Of a stretch of 64,000 bases of DNA, positions 26,471-38,860 are shown piece by piece. Position 1 is the stretch's first letter. Each line of letters begins with the position of its first letter. Position numbers and translations under genes: made by a program. The notes beneath the pieces are model-generated. The model was not told the DNA's origin. It worked only from the letters and a program-made list of their open reading frames with translations, and made no database searches. The DNA is from Vicugna vicugna (Eukaryota). The DNA lies in NCBI GenBank assembly GCA_013265495.1, contig MU058844.1:13476184-13540183 (forward strand), read 5' to 3'.

Positions 26471-26853
26471 AGCAGGAGAATAATAGACGGTGCACAGTTT
26501 TTATTGTGGACTCAGGAAAGCTGTTTCCAGAAACAGAGTCAGTGGGTGCCGGGAAGATGATTAGCTCAAGATCCAGCACCATTTTGTCCCAGAATCATCT
26601 TCACCCTGACACCCTGCCCTTTTTCCTCGCAGTCACCTTCTTGCCCCAGCCTGTCAGGGTGAACTCTTCCTCCAGGACTCCTCTGTCCTTTCATAAAAGG
26701 ATTCTGCCGGGCTGTCCCCCAGATCTCTAAATTTATAGAGTCCTGGAATAAACAGTTTCAAATCTATCCATTTGCATACCTTCCTATACAATCTTGGTTA
26801 AAAATAGCTACTCAGTAAAAAAAAGATCTAATTATCCAATCTAGATAATTTTT

Positions 26854-27192
26854 CTTTTTTTCTTTTTCTTTTTTTTTTAATTGAAGTACAGTCTATTACA
26901 GTGTGTCAATTTCTGGTGTACAGCACAATGTCCCCATCATGCATATACAAACATATATTCATTTTCATATTCTTTCATTAAAGGCTATTACAAGATATTG
27001 AATATAGTTCCCTGTGCTATACAGAAGAAACTTTTTAAAATCTATTTTTATATATAGTGGCTAACATTTGTAAATCTCAAACTCCCAAATTTATCCCTTC
27101 CCACTTCCTTTCCTCAGTGAGCATAAGATTGTTTACTATGTCTGTGAGTCTGTTTCTGTTTTGTAGATGAGTTCATAGTGTTCTTTTTTTTT
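26854..27192 (-). mobile_element. 5'-truncated artiodactyl/camelid L1 3' end with TSD
   Basis: Poly-T then 'aattgaagtacagtc...gaatatagttccctgtgctatacag...tatgtctgtgagtctgtttctgttttgtaga'. TSD 'tagataattttt' at 26842-26853 and 27193-27204. Confidence 0.92.
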
Positions 27193-28779
27193 TAGATAAT
27201 TTTTATAATTGAAGTGGCTGTTTGATGACCTATCTGTTGGAGGGCTAGTGCTAGCTGGTGGTGTTCTGTGGTACAAGGGTCAGATAATCGCTTTCACAGT
27301 CGAAGACAAATAATGGATTGGAAGAAAAGAGAAGTTTTATTATTTTTCCTCAAACAGATTTACTTTGGTCCTTTGAATGATAGAAAGCTTTCACATGAGA
27401 GACAGAGGAAAACTGAGAGAGGTGGAGAGAGGGAGGGAGGGAAAGAGGGAGGAGAGGGAATAAGAGACAGAGGATGAAATGCTTAGAGCATTTTAAGTAC
27501 CAAGGCTCTTAGTGCTCCTCTGTGTCGCCTGGTTTAATGACCTAATATGAATGAGATACAGTTATACTCCCGTACCGTTCATTTATCAGACGAGGCAAGT
27601 GTCTTTCGCCTCATCTTTTTGAGCCATTTCATTTTTCTTTAATGGCATTTCTCTGGACTCTCCTTTTCTAGGCACAGACAGCGTGGCCGGGGCTGATAAT
27701 GGATAATGGGTTGTTTCATAGTAGAAATTTATGATAACCTTGGCCTCATAAAGTCTTCCCCTCACACAGGAGTCATTTATGAAAATCTATGAAGAAATTA
27801 TAGATGCGCTGTGTCACAGGAGAATGGCAGCTGGAAGCATGGTGGTTTTAAACAGCTTGTAAGCTTCTGAGCATGACTTGTGTGTGGAAATAAAAAGATA
27901 TATACACACGGCTCAGCGAGCTATCAGTGGGGATATTGTAAATCAGAGCAGAAGGTCACAAAAATTAGAGAATATTTCTCTGCTCATTACTGAGTCTGGG
28001 ATTGTTTTTTACCTTGGCACTTTGTAATCTTCAATCATCAACTTATCTAAAAATATCTTATAGGAATGTCAAACTGCTTAGGGTTTAATTCCCTTTTTTT
28101 TTTTTTAAGAGACACTTCTTTTGGTTTAAGTTGCCTGAAAAGTCACCTTGTTGTATCACTGAATTCTGCTGTGCTGTTGAATTTTTCATCTGCTTTCCTA
28201 GACTTGCTCCTGCAGTGGTCAGTAAAGTGAGGAGTCAGGAAAAGGGGGGCAGGAAAGGCAGATGTAAATGCATATGCTGACCTTGAAGCAGACCTTCAAC
28301 TCTGAATGCTGTCAGGGGAGATGCGATGAGGGCTTAGATCCCTTCCGCTGGGCAAGATGTTGGAGATGCTCTTGCTTCAAGAACACTCCCGTATCCTTGT
28401 TATAATATCTCTTCTCCCTGTTACTCAGAAAATATATAACTGCCTGTATTTAGGGCAATGGTTCTGTGGACTATTCTGTGGACTGTCAGCCTTTGAGCAA
28501 TAAGAGAGACCATAACAAGATTTCTATCCCAGGATCCGTAAAACCTTGTTAAAAAGACGATTCACAGTTCAAGCGGAATTTTGCTTTCATAAAAAAAAAA
28601 AAATTCCTCTGATTGTTCAATCAGTTGGTATTGTAGAAATTTGGAACCTCTTTATGAAATGCAGTATGCCTAAATGGACTTTCCATTTACCATTTTGTTG
28701 ATATAATTGCAAGTGTATTTCATCTGAAATAATACTAGCTATCTCATGGATTGATCACTTACTCTCTACCACACTTACT

Positions 28780-28970
28780 TTCTCTATGCCCAGTGCCTTT
28801 TATGTGATCTTATTTAATCCTTACAAAAACCTTTTGAGTAAGGATGTTGGTACTATTCCTGTATCACAGATAGAGAAACTGAGGTTTAGAAAGACGCAGT
28901 AACATGTTTATTATTTTACATGGATAGTAAGTGGTAGAGCCAGAATGCAGACCATGACCTGGGCCCTAAT
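28780..28970 (-). mobile_element. MIR SINE
   Basis: 'cttatttaatccttacaaaaacctt...acagatagagaaactgaggtttaga...tagtaagtggtagagccagaat'. Confidence 0.85.
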
Positions 28971-29030
28971 TACTAATTTCAACCTCAAAGAATTAACATT
29001 AAATGACAGATTTGAGGAAAGAAAAGATAT

Positions 29031-29266
29031 TGTTAAGGGCATCCCTTGAGGAGGAACCAGGACCTGGCTTTATTGCCACACTATTTTGTCTTGACTGCTC
29101 CTCCTTTGTTTCTGCATTACCTCCCCTCCCTAACTAGAGAATGTTGAATCTGCTCTTTGGAACTCAGGGACGGTCCAGGAGGCTGAAACCTTTTTCCTGC
29201 AAATAAGAAAGGGACCCAGAAAGGATTTGTACCTGGGAGGGCCCCACAGGATCCTGCTTAGTTTCA
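29031..29266 (-). mobile_element. ERV1-type LTR fragment (LTR39/MER39-like, laurasiatherian)
   Basis: Minus strand starts 'tgaaactaagcaggatcctgtggggccctcccaggtacaaatcc'. It is short and no matching TSD is seen. Confidence 0.7.
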
Positions 29267-29624
29267 AGAATATTCCAGAGTTTTCTTTCTGAAGAAGAAG
29301 GGGAAGTATTCATGCTCATTAATATTCTGCCTGATGTGTATACACACATACTGCAGATTCTCAAACTGGAAAAATAAACTGGCTTGGGATGAGTAAGAGT
29401 CCAGGTCATCTTAAAAATACTTCAGTGCTTTTTAGCTCTTTTTAAGTTAAGATATTTTTGTTCTGATAGAAATGATGTAAGTAGAACATGTTCAATGGTC
29501 CTGAGAGCTAAAAATAAAAAATCCTCACAGTGCTTTCAAGAGAAAGCTTTCGTTATTATTCCCATTTTATGTACTAAAGGACAGACATATTGAAATATGT
29601 CAGTACTGATTGTAAAATAATGCC

Positions 29625-29810
29625 AAATGTTTATTGAGCACTTAATATGTGCCAGGCACTCATTTAAGTAACTCTAGTAAGTAAATACTCCCCCATGTTA
29701 TAGACGATAAAGCTGAGACACAGTTATAACTTTCCAAGGTCATACAAAGTATCACAGCCAGAATGGAAGCCAGCCAGCCATCTCTAGAATCTGTGCTCTG
29801 AATCACCCTG
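29625..29810 (-). mobile_element. MIR SINE
   Basis: 'tttattgagcacttaatatgtgccaggcact...ataaagctgagaca...taactttccaaggtcataca'. Confidence 0.85.
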
Positions 29811-30429
29811 TAACATGGCCTCTCCTTCTGTACATGCTACTGTATTTACATGTTAACCACACCCTATGTTGCTATCATGTTTCAATAATGTATTACATTT
29901 GTATTTTGCAGTTGCCATCCATGGTGACCAAAATTTATAACACTGGCTCAAGTCTCTTTAATGATCCAATCAGTTCAGTAGCATTTTTGGTTTTTGTTTC
30001 TTTTGGAACACAATTATCATGATCTTACTCATTCATTAATTTACTCAGTGCATTTCAGTATATGCTGAATAACTATTTATTGACTGAGTAGGTTAATCAA
30101 TGAAGTTAAAAATGACTATCTATAATTTGATTTGCTAGGCATTTGGGGGAGTTATAAAGACTCTATTAATGGATTCCATAACCCACAACCTAAGGGAGGG
30201 CCAGTGTAACAGAGTAAGGCAAACTCAAGTAATAGAGCTAACTTGACCACGGTTCAGGATAATGTATTATTGTAACAGAGTTGAGAATTAAGCGCTGTAG
30301 GGATTACAAGAAGGGACACATATTGTATCAGGATAGAGGTCAGGAAGGATTTGTGAAGCAAATGAAACTGAGAAGGATTTAAGGCTGTCTTCAAGCCTGA
30401 ATATTTGCTATTGGAGATGTTACATTCAG

Positions 30430-30525
30430 AAAAGACCTTAGAGACATTATACCTAATTCTCTCATTTTAAAGTTGAGAACACTGAGAATCAGAAAGGTTA
30501 ATTGATTTCCCAAGGTCACACGATC
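30430..30525 (-). mobile_element. MIR/MIR3 fragment
   Basis: 'ctctcattttaaagttgagaacactgagaatcagaaaggttaattgatttcccaaggtcacac'. Confidence 0.8.
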
Positions 30526-31989
30526 CCATTTGTAACCCCTTCTTCAATTCCAAACCTGAATGCTTGCTTAGCACTCGTTTTCAAATAGCTTTGACAGTTT
30601 GTCTTGAATTCAGTATTGGTTACCTTGTTTAAATACTCTCAAGAGGCAAATAAAGTAAAACAGACTTTTAGTAATTAGTAAAAATCATTAAGGAAAAGTA
30701 ATGCTGACTAGGCAAATCTAAAGTAGGGTCTGACAGATTTAGTGCCAAGACAGGCTTGGAAGAGAAGAGGAAGTAGCAGATGGAGTTTTATGTTAGTCAT
30801 GACAGCAGGTGGGAAACAGGTAATAGCAAACAGATGGGCCCCCTAGTATAGAAAGACCACCAGCATCACATCTTCCACTGCTTTGTTCCCAAATAGTAGT
30901 GAGATTGAATAGATAGTTCATTGCAAAAATCTTATTGAGCACGAACTCTTAGAGGTATAACGCTGAGTATCAAGAGGAAAGTATAAAAATAAGACCGTTT
31001 CTGTACTTAAGCTCTGTACTGAGGCTCAAGAAGAGTAGGAAGTATAAAACAGGTACAAAAAGAGAGCAACATAATGCAAAAACGGACAAATAAATGCTTA
31101 AAGAGAAATATAACCAAAATATTTATGGAGAAGGTGGCACTCAAGGTGGGTCTAGTATATGGGGCCAGAAAAGCAAAAGGAAATGTTCAAAATGAACAAA
31201 AGCTCAGAGGTATAAGTGCTGGGAAGGATTTGCTTAACTGCAAATGGCACACGTAGTTACAGACAGGCAAATCCATGTCCTAGGTGGCTCAGGCTGGAAC
31301 CAAGTCACTTAAAACTCTCTTAATTTCCATTTCTGGATTTCTAAAATGAGCTCGTTTCTACAATCCCTTCCAGGTTTAGAAGCAAGTAATCTCTTATCTA
31401 GAATCTAATGCAATGTCAGATTAATAGTTTCCAAAGTGTGGGACAGTCTGTGCTACCAGTGGACTGCAGACTTCAAGTGGTATATATGTAATATTTATGT
31501 TAATAATTATATAATTTTTAGCATTTCTTTCTATTTAAAACAAGTGACACTGATTTCCTTTTTTTTTTTCTTTTGGTAAAGTTAGACATTTAAAATTTCT
31601 GTGTAAGTGAAAAATGTGTACCAAGTTGTAGAAATGATTGTTGTGCAAATGATTTCTCACCAAAAGAGAAGATAATCCCAAAGGCTATGCTCTGATTGTC
31701 ATGCAGAATATTAACCAGCTTTGAATCTAATTTAGCCAATCATATTCCAGCATTCTTTCTCTTACTGGCTTCAGTGCTTTATATCATAGAACTATCTATG
31801 CTGCCTTGGCTGGTTTCTCATTAATAAAGCAAGTCAGTCTTTCCCATGCTCACTATTTGATTTGAGTTACATTTGTAGCTTTTCAAAAATTATGCTTTGG
31901 CAAACAATGTATCATTTAGGGTTTAAGCAAAACCATATGTATATTTATTTATATGTTTATTATTATATATGTATATATATAGTTAATTA

Positions 31990-32493
31990 CAGGGATTTGA
32001 ACTTACTGTACTATGGCAGCCGGTTAGGAAGTCTAAGTAAGGCTGTACGGTTGTTTCTGTGTCTGGCATTAGCACCTGAGTCTGCAGGCAGCTGGGGAAA
32101 GAAGATGGATGTAAAGCAGAGCAAGCAAAGACAGGATGGATGAAGGAGAAGCTGGTGCCTTCCATCATGAAGCTAAATATGCACCTGGTCCAGGAGTCAG
32201 GGATGTTAATCCAGCAGGAGGACCTGGCAGGGGCCCAGCTGCTGTCCCATGCCAACGAGGTGAGCCTGCAGGTAGGTAACACCACGGGTGAGTTCCATCA
32301 GTGCTACGTACCCCATATCCACCTTTCAAGCATAAAAAAAACAAAAAAAAAAACCCAAGACGGCCACTGTTTCCTTTCTACTTTCTTAGTCTCCTGCAAA
32401 ATATCTTTGAGGCCACACTACCTGGGCAGAGAAGGGAATTCTGGAAAATTTAGTTCTAATGTAGCCAAGTTGATACAATACAAAATCGTCACA
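31990..32493 (-). mobile_element. ERVL-class LTR (LTR41/LTR33-type)
   Basis: Terminal 'gaagggaattctggaaaatttagttc...tagccaagttgatacaatacaaaatcgtcaca' matches the reverse complement of an ERVL LTR 5' end. Exact family uncertain. Confidence 0.7.
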
Positions 32494-34620
32494 CACTGTT
32501 TATTGTGAAATTTGATGGGGTAGGGGGTTCACAGACCCCAGAAAGCCCACCAATAGCTAGCCTGGGGGCTACAAGACCCCTGGGTTATTACAGAGCTCTT
32601 TCCTAGTGGCACATGATAATAGGAATGGTATCAGTGGCTCAATTAAGAAAACACTGCAATCCAAATTTAGGCTTATCAGCATCAATAAGTTTTAATAACT
32701 GAAAGAAGCTATCATATTTGTTGTCTTTCTAATTTTCTCTTTATCCCAGAACAAGAATTTTAAGAAGCTTGTTAGTTTTCTCTAGGTACTAAAGAGTCAC
32801 ATCCTTGAAAATTTTTTTTGCAAATGTAAGCTTTTTTTCCCCAATTTTTCAAGCACATGCACACATTAGAGATTTATCATATCTGCCACTGACTTTAGTT
32901 ATAATTACATGAACTAGATGAGTATTTTTTTCTTTGACGTCTAATGTTTCAGATATTTTTAAGTGATATAATCATTGAAGATACTGCTATTCCTTTTGGA
33001 TTTTCAAACTTCTTGAATGCTGGGTGCTCTTTCATTCCCATCCTAGCATCTTGGTTTTGAGTCAATAGGAACATTTTAATTAGACTGTCTTTTGATCTTT
33101 CAACCAATCTTCAACTCCAGAGAAAGGAAGCAGCCCCTGCCCATCTGCTCTCTGTAGAGTGGAAAGGCTCTCTGTTACAGAGCTGGATAATAACAGCAAG
33201 ATGTCAGATTTTTATGCAGTGCTGCTTCATTGCTATGGGAACCTGGACAACCCTCCTTTCTGAGAATTGTTTTCACAAGGAAATTGCTCCATGAGATTTC
33301 ACTGAACATTTCCACTTCCATTGTCAGATGATTCTGAACATCTCACCTCTTACAGAGGACTGTGATGACACAAAACAGAAAGATGTCTGTCTTTTTACCC
33401 ATGTTCAAATTTTAACTGAGATTTCTATACATCCTGGTGTTGTTTAAAAAAATTATGATGGGGGTAAAAAAAATAGCAATTGATGGAACCATGACATCAG
33501 GGCAAAAAGTTATTTTAGTTTTTTAAAAAATTTATTCAAAAACTATGGCATTTGAAAAAAATTCTTAAAACAAAGATATTTAGTTAGAAAACAAATAAGA
33601 TTGCTTCAGTTCTGGCCTTGTTATCTAAATGGAAAGTTTCTTTTATGTATCTTATCTGTAAAATTATATTTATAATTTCTTAATCTCATATAAGGACCAA
33701 ATTTTAGTTACTAGTCTTGTGAACTTAAGCATAGTGGAGCATCCCATAATAGGCAACACTCAAAAAAAAAAAAACAAATCACCTTGCCAAATGAGATGAA
33801 CACATACCTTTATAATACTATATTGGTTTAGCATCCCCACATTTTCAAAATGAGTCAGCACATCAACTCCTAGAGCACCTTCCCTAAGCTGAGACGCGGC
33901 CTCGTTTCTACCCCGGTGCAGCACCACTGCTGCTGCTGAGAGATGCAGTGCAGCCCCTGTGGCCAGACTACAGCCTTGAGCTCTGGTCCGTCTGCAGGAG
34001 TCTTCAGGAACTACAGGGAACGAAAATCATATTATTGCCATCACTGAGGATCCCCACCTCCCTGAGGCCTTCTCTTCACTGCCTCACCCTGAAGAACTAC
34101 AAACCTCTATTTATATCGGGCACCAACTAAGCCCCATGAAACGTCTGCTAATCCACACTTCTCCTTTCCCTTGTTAGAGAATTTACCACAATACACTTAA
34201 GCCCTCGTCACCAGTCTCAGCGTCAGTTTCTGCTTTACCTCACTCTGAAATGCCTGCATGTGTTGTGATCCTCTAAGACTTCTATACAGATGGACCTATG
34301 CAGGTACAGGTCTGTTTAGCAGATGCAGGCAGAATTAGTGCTACAAAAACAAGGAAGGAGGCACCATTTGCCTTGTGTAGATTCCCTTCCTCTACCCCAT
34401 CTTCTACCGTGTCTTGCTCTTAAGCTGTGAAAAAGCACTTTTAACAGGATGTCTGATTATCTCTTAAAAAGGTATATCTGATAATGCCCTTCCCCAACTT
34501 TCAGTGGACCACCATTCCTCCTAAGATAAAGGCCAATCTCTAGCATGGTCTCCAGGCCTTGCGAGCTCTCATCCCAACCTGGCTCTCTAGCCCTGTGTCC
34601 CTTTGGTCTCCCTGATACCT

Positions 34621-34788
34621 CTGCCATCCATCCACACTTCCATCCACATTCTGCCATCTGTCCACACTTACGTCCACATCCTGCCATCCATCCACACTTC
34701 CATCCACATCCTTCCATCCGTCCAAACTTCCATCCACATTCTGCCGTCCGTCCACACTTCCATCCACATTCTGCCGTCCGTCCACACT
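34621..34788. repeat. Minisatellite, 30-bp unit x ~5.6 (consensus ctgccatccgtccacacttccatccacatt)
   Basis: Units start at 34621, 34651, 34681, 34711 and 34741, with a partial unit at 34771. Confidence 0.97.
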
Positions 34789-34865
34789 GGCCACCTTCCA
34801 GTTCCAGGAAGGGATCGTGCTCACTCCTGCCAGGAGGAGAGCCTTTGAACGTGTGCTGCTCTCTC

Positions 34866-35275
34866 TTTTTTTTTTTCCTCCCCAATTGTGGTAAAATACA
34901 CATAACCTACAATTCCTCATTTTAGCCATTTTAATGTAGACAACTCAGTGACATTTTAGTGGATTCACAGTGTTGTGTAACCAAACCATCACCACTATCA
35001 AGTTCCAAAAGGAAACCCCATTCCTACTCAACAGTCCTTCCTCGTTCTTCCCTACTCCCGACTCAGGCTACCACTAATCAGATTTCCATCTCTGTGGATT
35101 TGCCTATTGGGGATATTTCATATAATGGAATCATACAACACATGGTCTTTTGTGTCTGACTTCTTTCACTCAGCCTAATGTTTTCAAGGTTCAGCCAGGT
35201 TGTGGCCTGTATCAGTACATCATTCCTCTTTATGGACGAATAATATCCCATTTAATATCCATTGAACATATGTTA
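34866..35275 (-). mobile_element. L1MB-type 3' end
   Basis: 'aattgtggtaaaatacacataac...ttcacagtgttgtgtaacca...tctctgtggatttgcctatt...tataatggaatcatacaa...tgtgtctgacttctttcactcagc'. Confidence 0.9.
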
Positions 35276-38200
35276 TTTTGCCCTAAATGACTTACCACTC
35301 TTGTCTTCACTTGGTTGTCTCCCGTTCAGCCTTCAGCTGTCAGTCCACATCCTCCGGGAACTTCCTCAAGACTCCAGCTGAGGTGAGGTCATATGCACTT
35401 TTAGGCCCAGCTTTCTCTTCTGCACAGCTCTCATCTCTGAAATGAAACACTCATCCAGGGTGTTTGATTACCGGCCATCCTCCCAGCTAGAACTGAAGAT
35501 CCATGAGACAAGGAATCTTACCTGTGTTAGCTGTATTAGTTCCATACTGTAGCCCTAGTGTCTATTACAGGACCTGGTATATAGATAAATGTTTGTGAAA
35601 TAAATGTTGTGAAATTATTTCCTACTAAACAGTAAATAGTTGGCAGCTGCTTAATGTTCTTTCATTATGAACATTTTGGCATTTTGAATCTGAATAGAAA
35701 CAGCATTTTGTGGAGAAACTCCACGGGGGAATTTCCCTGGCAGGGCGTGAAGGGCAGAGTTGTTCTGGGGGAGGGACTCCTTCCTGCTCCTTGAATTGCA
35801 ACATCCAGCGTCTACTCCACCTGTAAGTCCAGCTCTCTGAGTCACCATTCCATTCACTCTGAATCTGTCCTGCTTCCTTTTCTTCTGAACTGAAAAACAG
35901 CCATATTTGGTTTCATCAGCATCCTTCTCTCATCTCTCGAAAAACAGTGATCTGTTATAGGTAATTATCTCTCAACCATCCCTCCTCTCCAATATTTATA
36001 GCAAAAGCCTGATTGAAATTTGATGGGTTTCTGTGAAGTCTGCCACTGCAGGAGGCTTTTCTCTTAACTGGGATTGTAATTATGTGTTGGAATGTAATCT
36101 TCATTAACTCAACGGCAGTGTCTCTTCCCAGTGTTTTCCTGATGTTTGTAATGGGTGTAAAAGTAGTATTTCCTCTTTCATGCCCTTACTTTACCTCGTA
36201 TGCAAACCATATCCTTTGTGCAAGCGTTTGCAGTCTACACAATGCTGTCCTGTCTTTGAGTAATTACATCTGGAAAACTGCCAGTCATTATCTTCTTAAA
36301 GTGATGGCAAATTCTTCTCTAGTATTTACAGACAGATGACAATTAAATCAAGGCCTTGATACAGTAAAAGTACAATTTAACAAATTTACTTGGTGGCAGC
36401 GTTTTTTATTTAATTTTTGTGTAATTACTCATGAGAACATTTCCTCCAGAATGACAGTTCTATGCTACAAATGAGCTGCTTGAAATTTTTCTCAATGAGG
36501 CATCAGATTAAGGGACAGTTGTGCCAAATAAACTATATCATTTGCATGTCGAATCACTATTATTTTAGTTTTGGTTTAATATCTGACTTATTATGTCTAT
36601 CCAATGAAAACTGGATTTTCTGTTGTCCCAGATATAGCTAAAGCTCTCAAATGGTTCTTTTTTCCCAAGGTAGGTGTAGGAGGCTCACTTTAAATAAAGT
36701 TAATGGCTACTCTTTGAGAGTTGAGCTGTGGATATATATATATATCCATATAGGTATATAGTGGCTAAACATAAATTTTTTCAGAAAATCTAAAAAAAAA
36801 AAATCAAAATGGGTTCCTAAACTCAGGGATTGTCCATAGCCTAATTCACTGTGCTAATGCAATAAATTAAAAGGAAATTACCTAACCATAGAGGCATTGG
36901 GAAAAGGAGATCACCAGAGGCAAACATGGGCAATCTAGATCTAAATAGTCAAGGCTGACTGAGATCTTGGTCCAGCAATCAAGATGAATTGATTAGCTGG
37001 CCCAAGTAAACAATTCCCCATTGTGTGGCTGGCTATCAGAGTCTGGTTTGGTATATTTTAGGATATTACACAAAATCTTACTTACGCTGATCCTAATTTA
37101 GCATCTCAGAAAGCTTTTCTTTGGGAAGAGGATGTGCTGGGAAGGCTAATGTGATTGTCCTGTCTACTTGGGTGTTATATTTCTCATTTTATAAATTTGA
37201 AGATTGTTTTGGTTTTAAACACATCTTGGTGATGTTTGAGAGAGTGAAAAAAATATGCTCCATCTAGATCAACTTTGGAATGAAGAGAAGATTATATTTT
37301 TTGAGCTTGTCAGATTGAGAGCCAGGCCCCTAGCAGTGCTGAATTCACCAAGGCAAAAGCCGACCATTGGTACCTTTCTGCTCCTGATGGTGGCCAGCTC
37401 ACTCTCCCAACAAAGAACTTCTCTCTTTTGCTGTAGGTCTTCTTTTAATTTATTTATCTTTCTTTTTTACCCCCAAGGTTTCTCTGAGGACATAAGAGAA
37501 CCTAATAGGAAGAAAAACTCTTTAAAGAATCCCAAGTTGGAATATTCTTCCTGCCAGTGGTAAGTGACATTAGGCAACTGAAATTTTGTTTTTCCTTAAT
37601 TTCAATTTCATCATATCTTTAAGCTGGAAATGCAATGTTGTGGTTTCTCCTGGGTATTAAATTAAAACTGTTTTTAAAGTGCCAGCTTAAGATAGCACTG
37701 ACATAATGCAGTCCTCAGTAATTCACCTGACTGGGTTTCAGCTTATTCTTAAAAAAAAATGGTTGACAAATAGTACAGTTCTTTGGTTTGGAAAGATAGG
37801 ATTATAGAAGTGTGTTCATGGAAGGCAGCTGATGTTTTTTTCCAGGAAGAAGACTACAGGTGGGCACATAGATTTGGTCATTGGGCATCCCCTCATGTCT
37901 AGACTTAGAAAATTAGGGGCTTTTTGGTGTCTATGGCACAAAAGCCTAGACAAGTATAGAAATAGCCTCAGAGCATGGTCACGTGCCAGAAATCGCCTAA
38001 GACTCTGAGTGTGTGAAAAAAAAAATGCAGAAAAACGAGGACAGTCACATGCCTACATTCAGTTCCAGAATATGGCTTTAGGATAAGCATATGCTATCTC
38101 ATATCCTGATCTCTTTTTTAAGATCCGGCCTCTCTAGTTCTATTCCCTGAGTAACCAATTACTGGATCAACACGATCAGCAGCTTCCTAAGATGTCTGTC

Positions 38201-38860
38201 TTTCAGGCTGTGGCCAGCACACTCTGGTTTTTAAATCCACTCTTGGTATGCAACCCCATGACTGGGAAAGAATCATTCCATCTACTGTAATAGGATAACC
38301 TGTGAAAAGATTTATTTAAAGTTGCACATCAGAAACTTCCATTTACTCGAAGTGTCCTTTCATGTGGGCACTTTTTTTTTTTTTTTTTTGCTTGAAGGTG
38401 GGGTGTCTTTTAATGTTGATGTTGGAAGACTCCATGAGTGAGGTCTGTGGCTTTTATAATTATACAGGCTTTTAGCAGAAACCACTGGGCGCTTTCCTTG
38501 CTAAATCTGCCTGACTGAAAACTGTCTCCAGCCAAATGACCAATTTAAAGGTCAGTGTAAATGCTAACATTAGCTGTTGAAGGAAGACATTCAGCTGCAG
38601 TGGAAGGTGGAAAAAATGTGGTTTATGTACTGTTCCTCCAATTCTTCACAGAAAAAAAGTTTCTTTGGCTTCTTCCTTTTTTCAGACTGGGCTTTTATTG
38701 TCTCACATTGTCCGAAGGGTTTTTAAAAATGGGGTTTTTCAATGTCAACACACCCTTGGCATTTAGGGGTTTAAATTACGTAATTGGGGCTCTAAGGAAC
38801 TTGCAAGGAAGAACACCAGACTCCCTCATTATGTTAATGGTTTCCCTGAGCTGCTAGGCA

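Larger units (their letters stand above)
34400..35610 (+). mobile_element. L2 3' region, containing a minisatellite and an L1 insertion
   Basis: 'atctgataatgcccttcc...ttcagtgg...agcatggtctccaggccttgc', 'ccacactggcc...gcctttgaac', 'agatccatgagacaagga...cctggtatatagataaatgtttgtgaaataaat'. Confidence 0.8.

Noticed and set aside
27431..27449. G-quadruplex motif (another at 19045-19066)
   Set aside because: The pattern is present but common in GA-rich simple sequence and L2 relics, with no functional context.
34621..34788. CRISPR-like array (30-bp periodicity)
   Set aside because: The units are head-to-tail with no unique spacers, the context is mammalian and there are no cas genes.
34457..34929. 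Four overlapping ORFs with repetitive peptides (e.g. GWKCGRTAEC, HPHFHPHSA, VDGRQNVDGS)
   Set aside because: They are by-products of a stop-free 30-bp minisatellite inside L2/L1 sequence. Being open on both strands in several frames argues against real coding.
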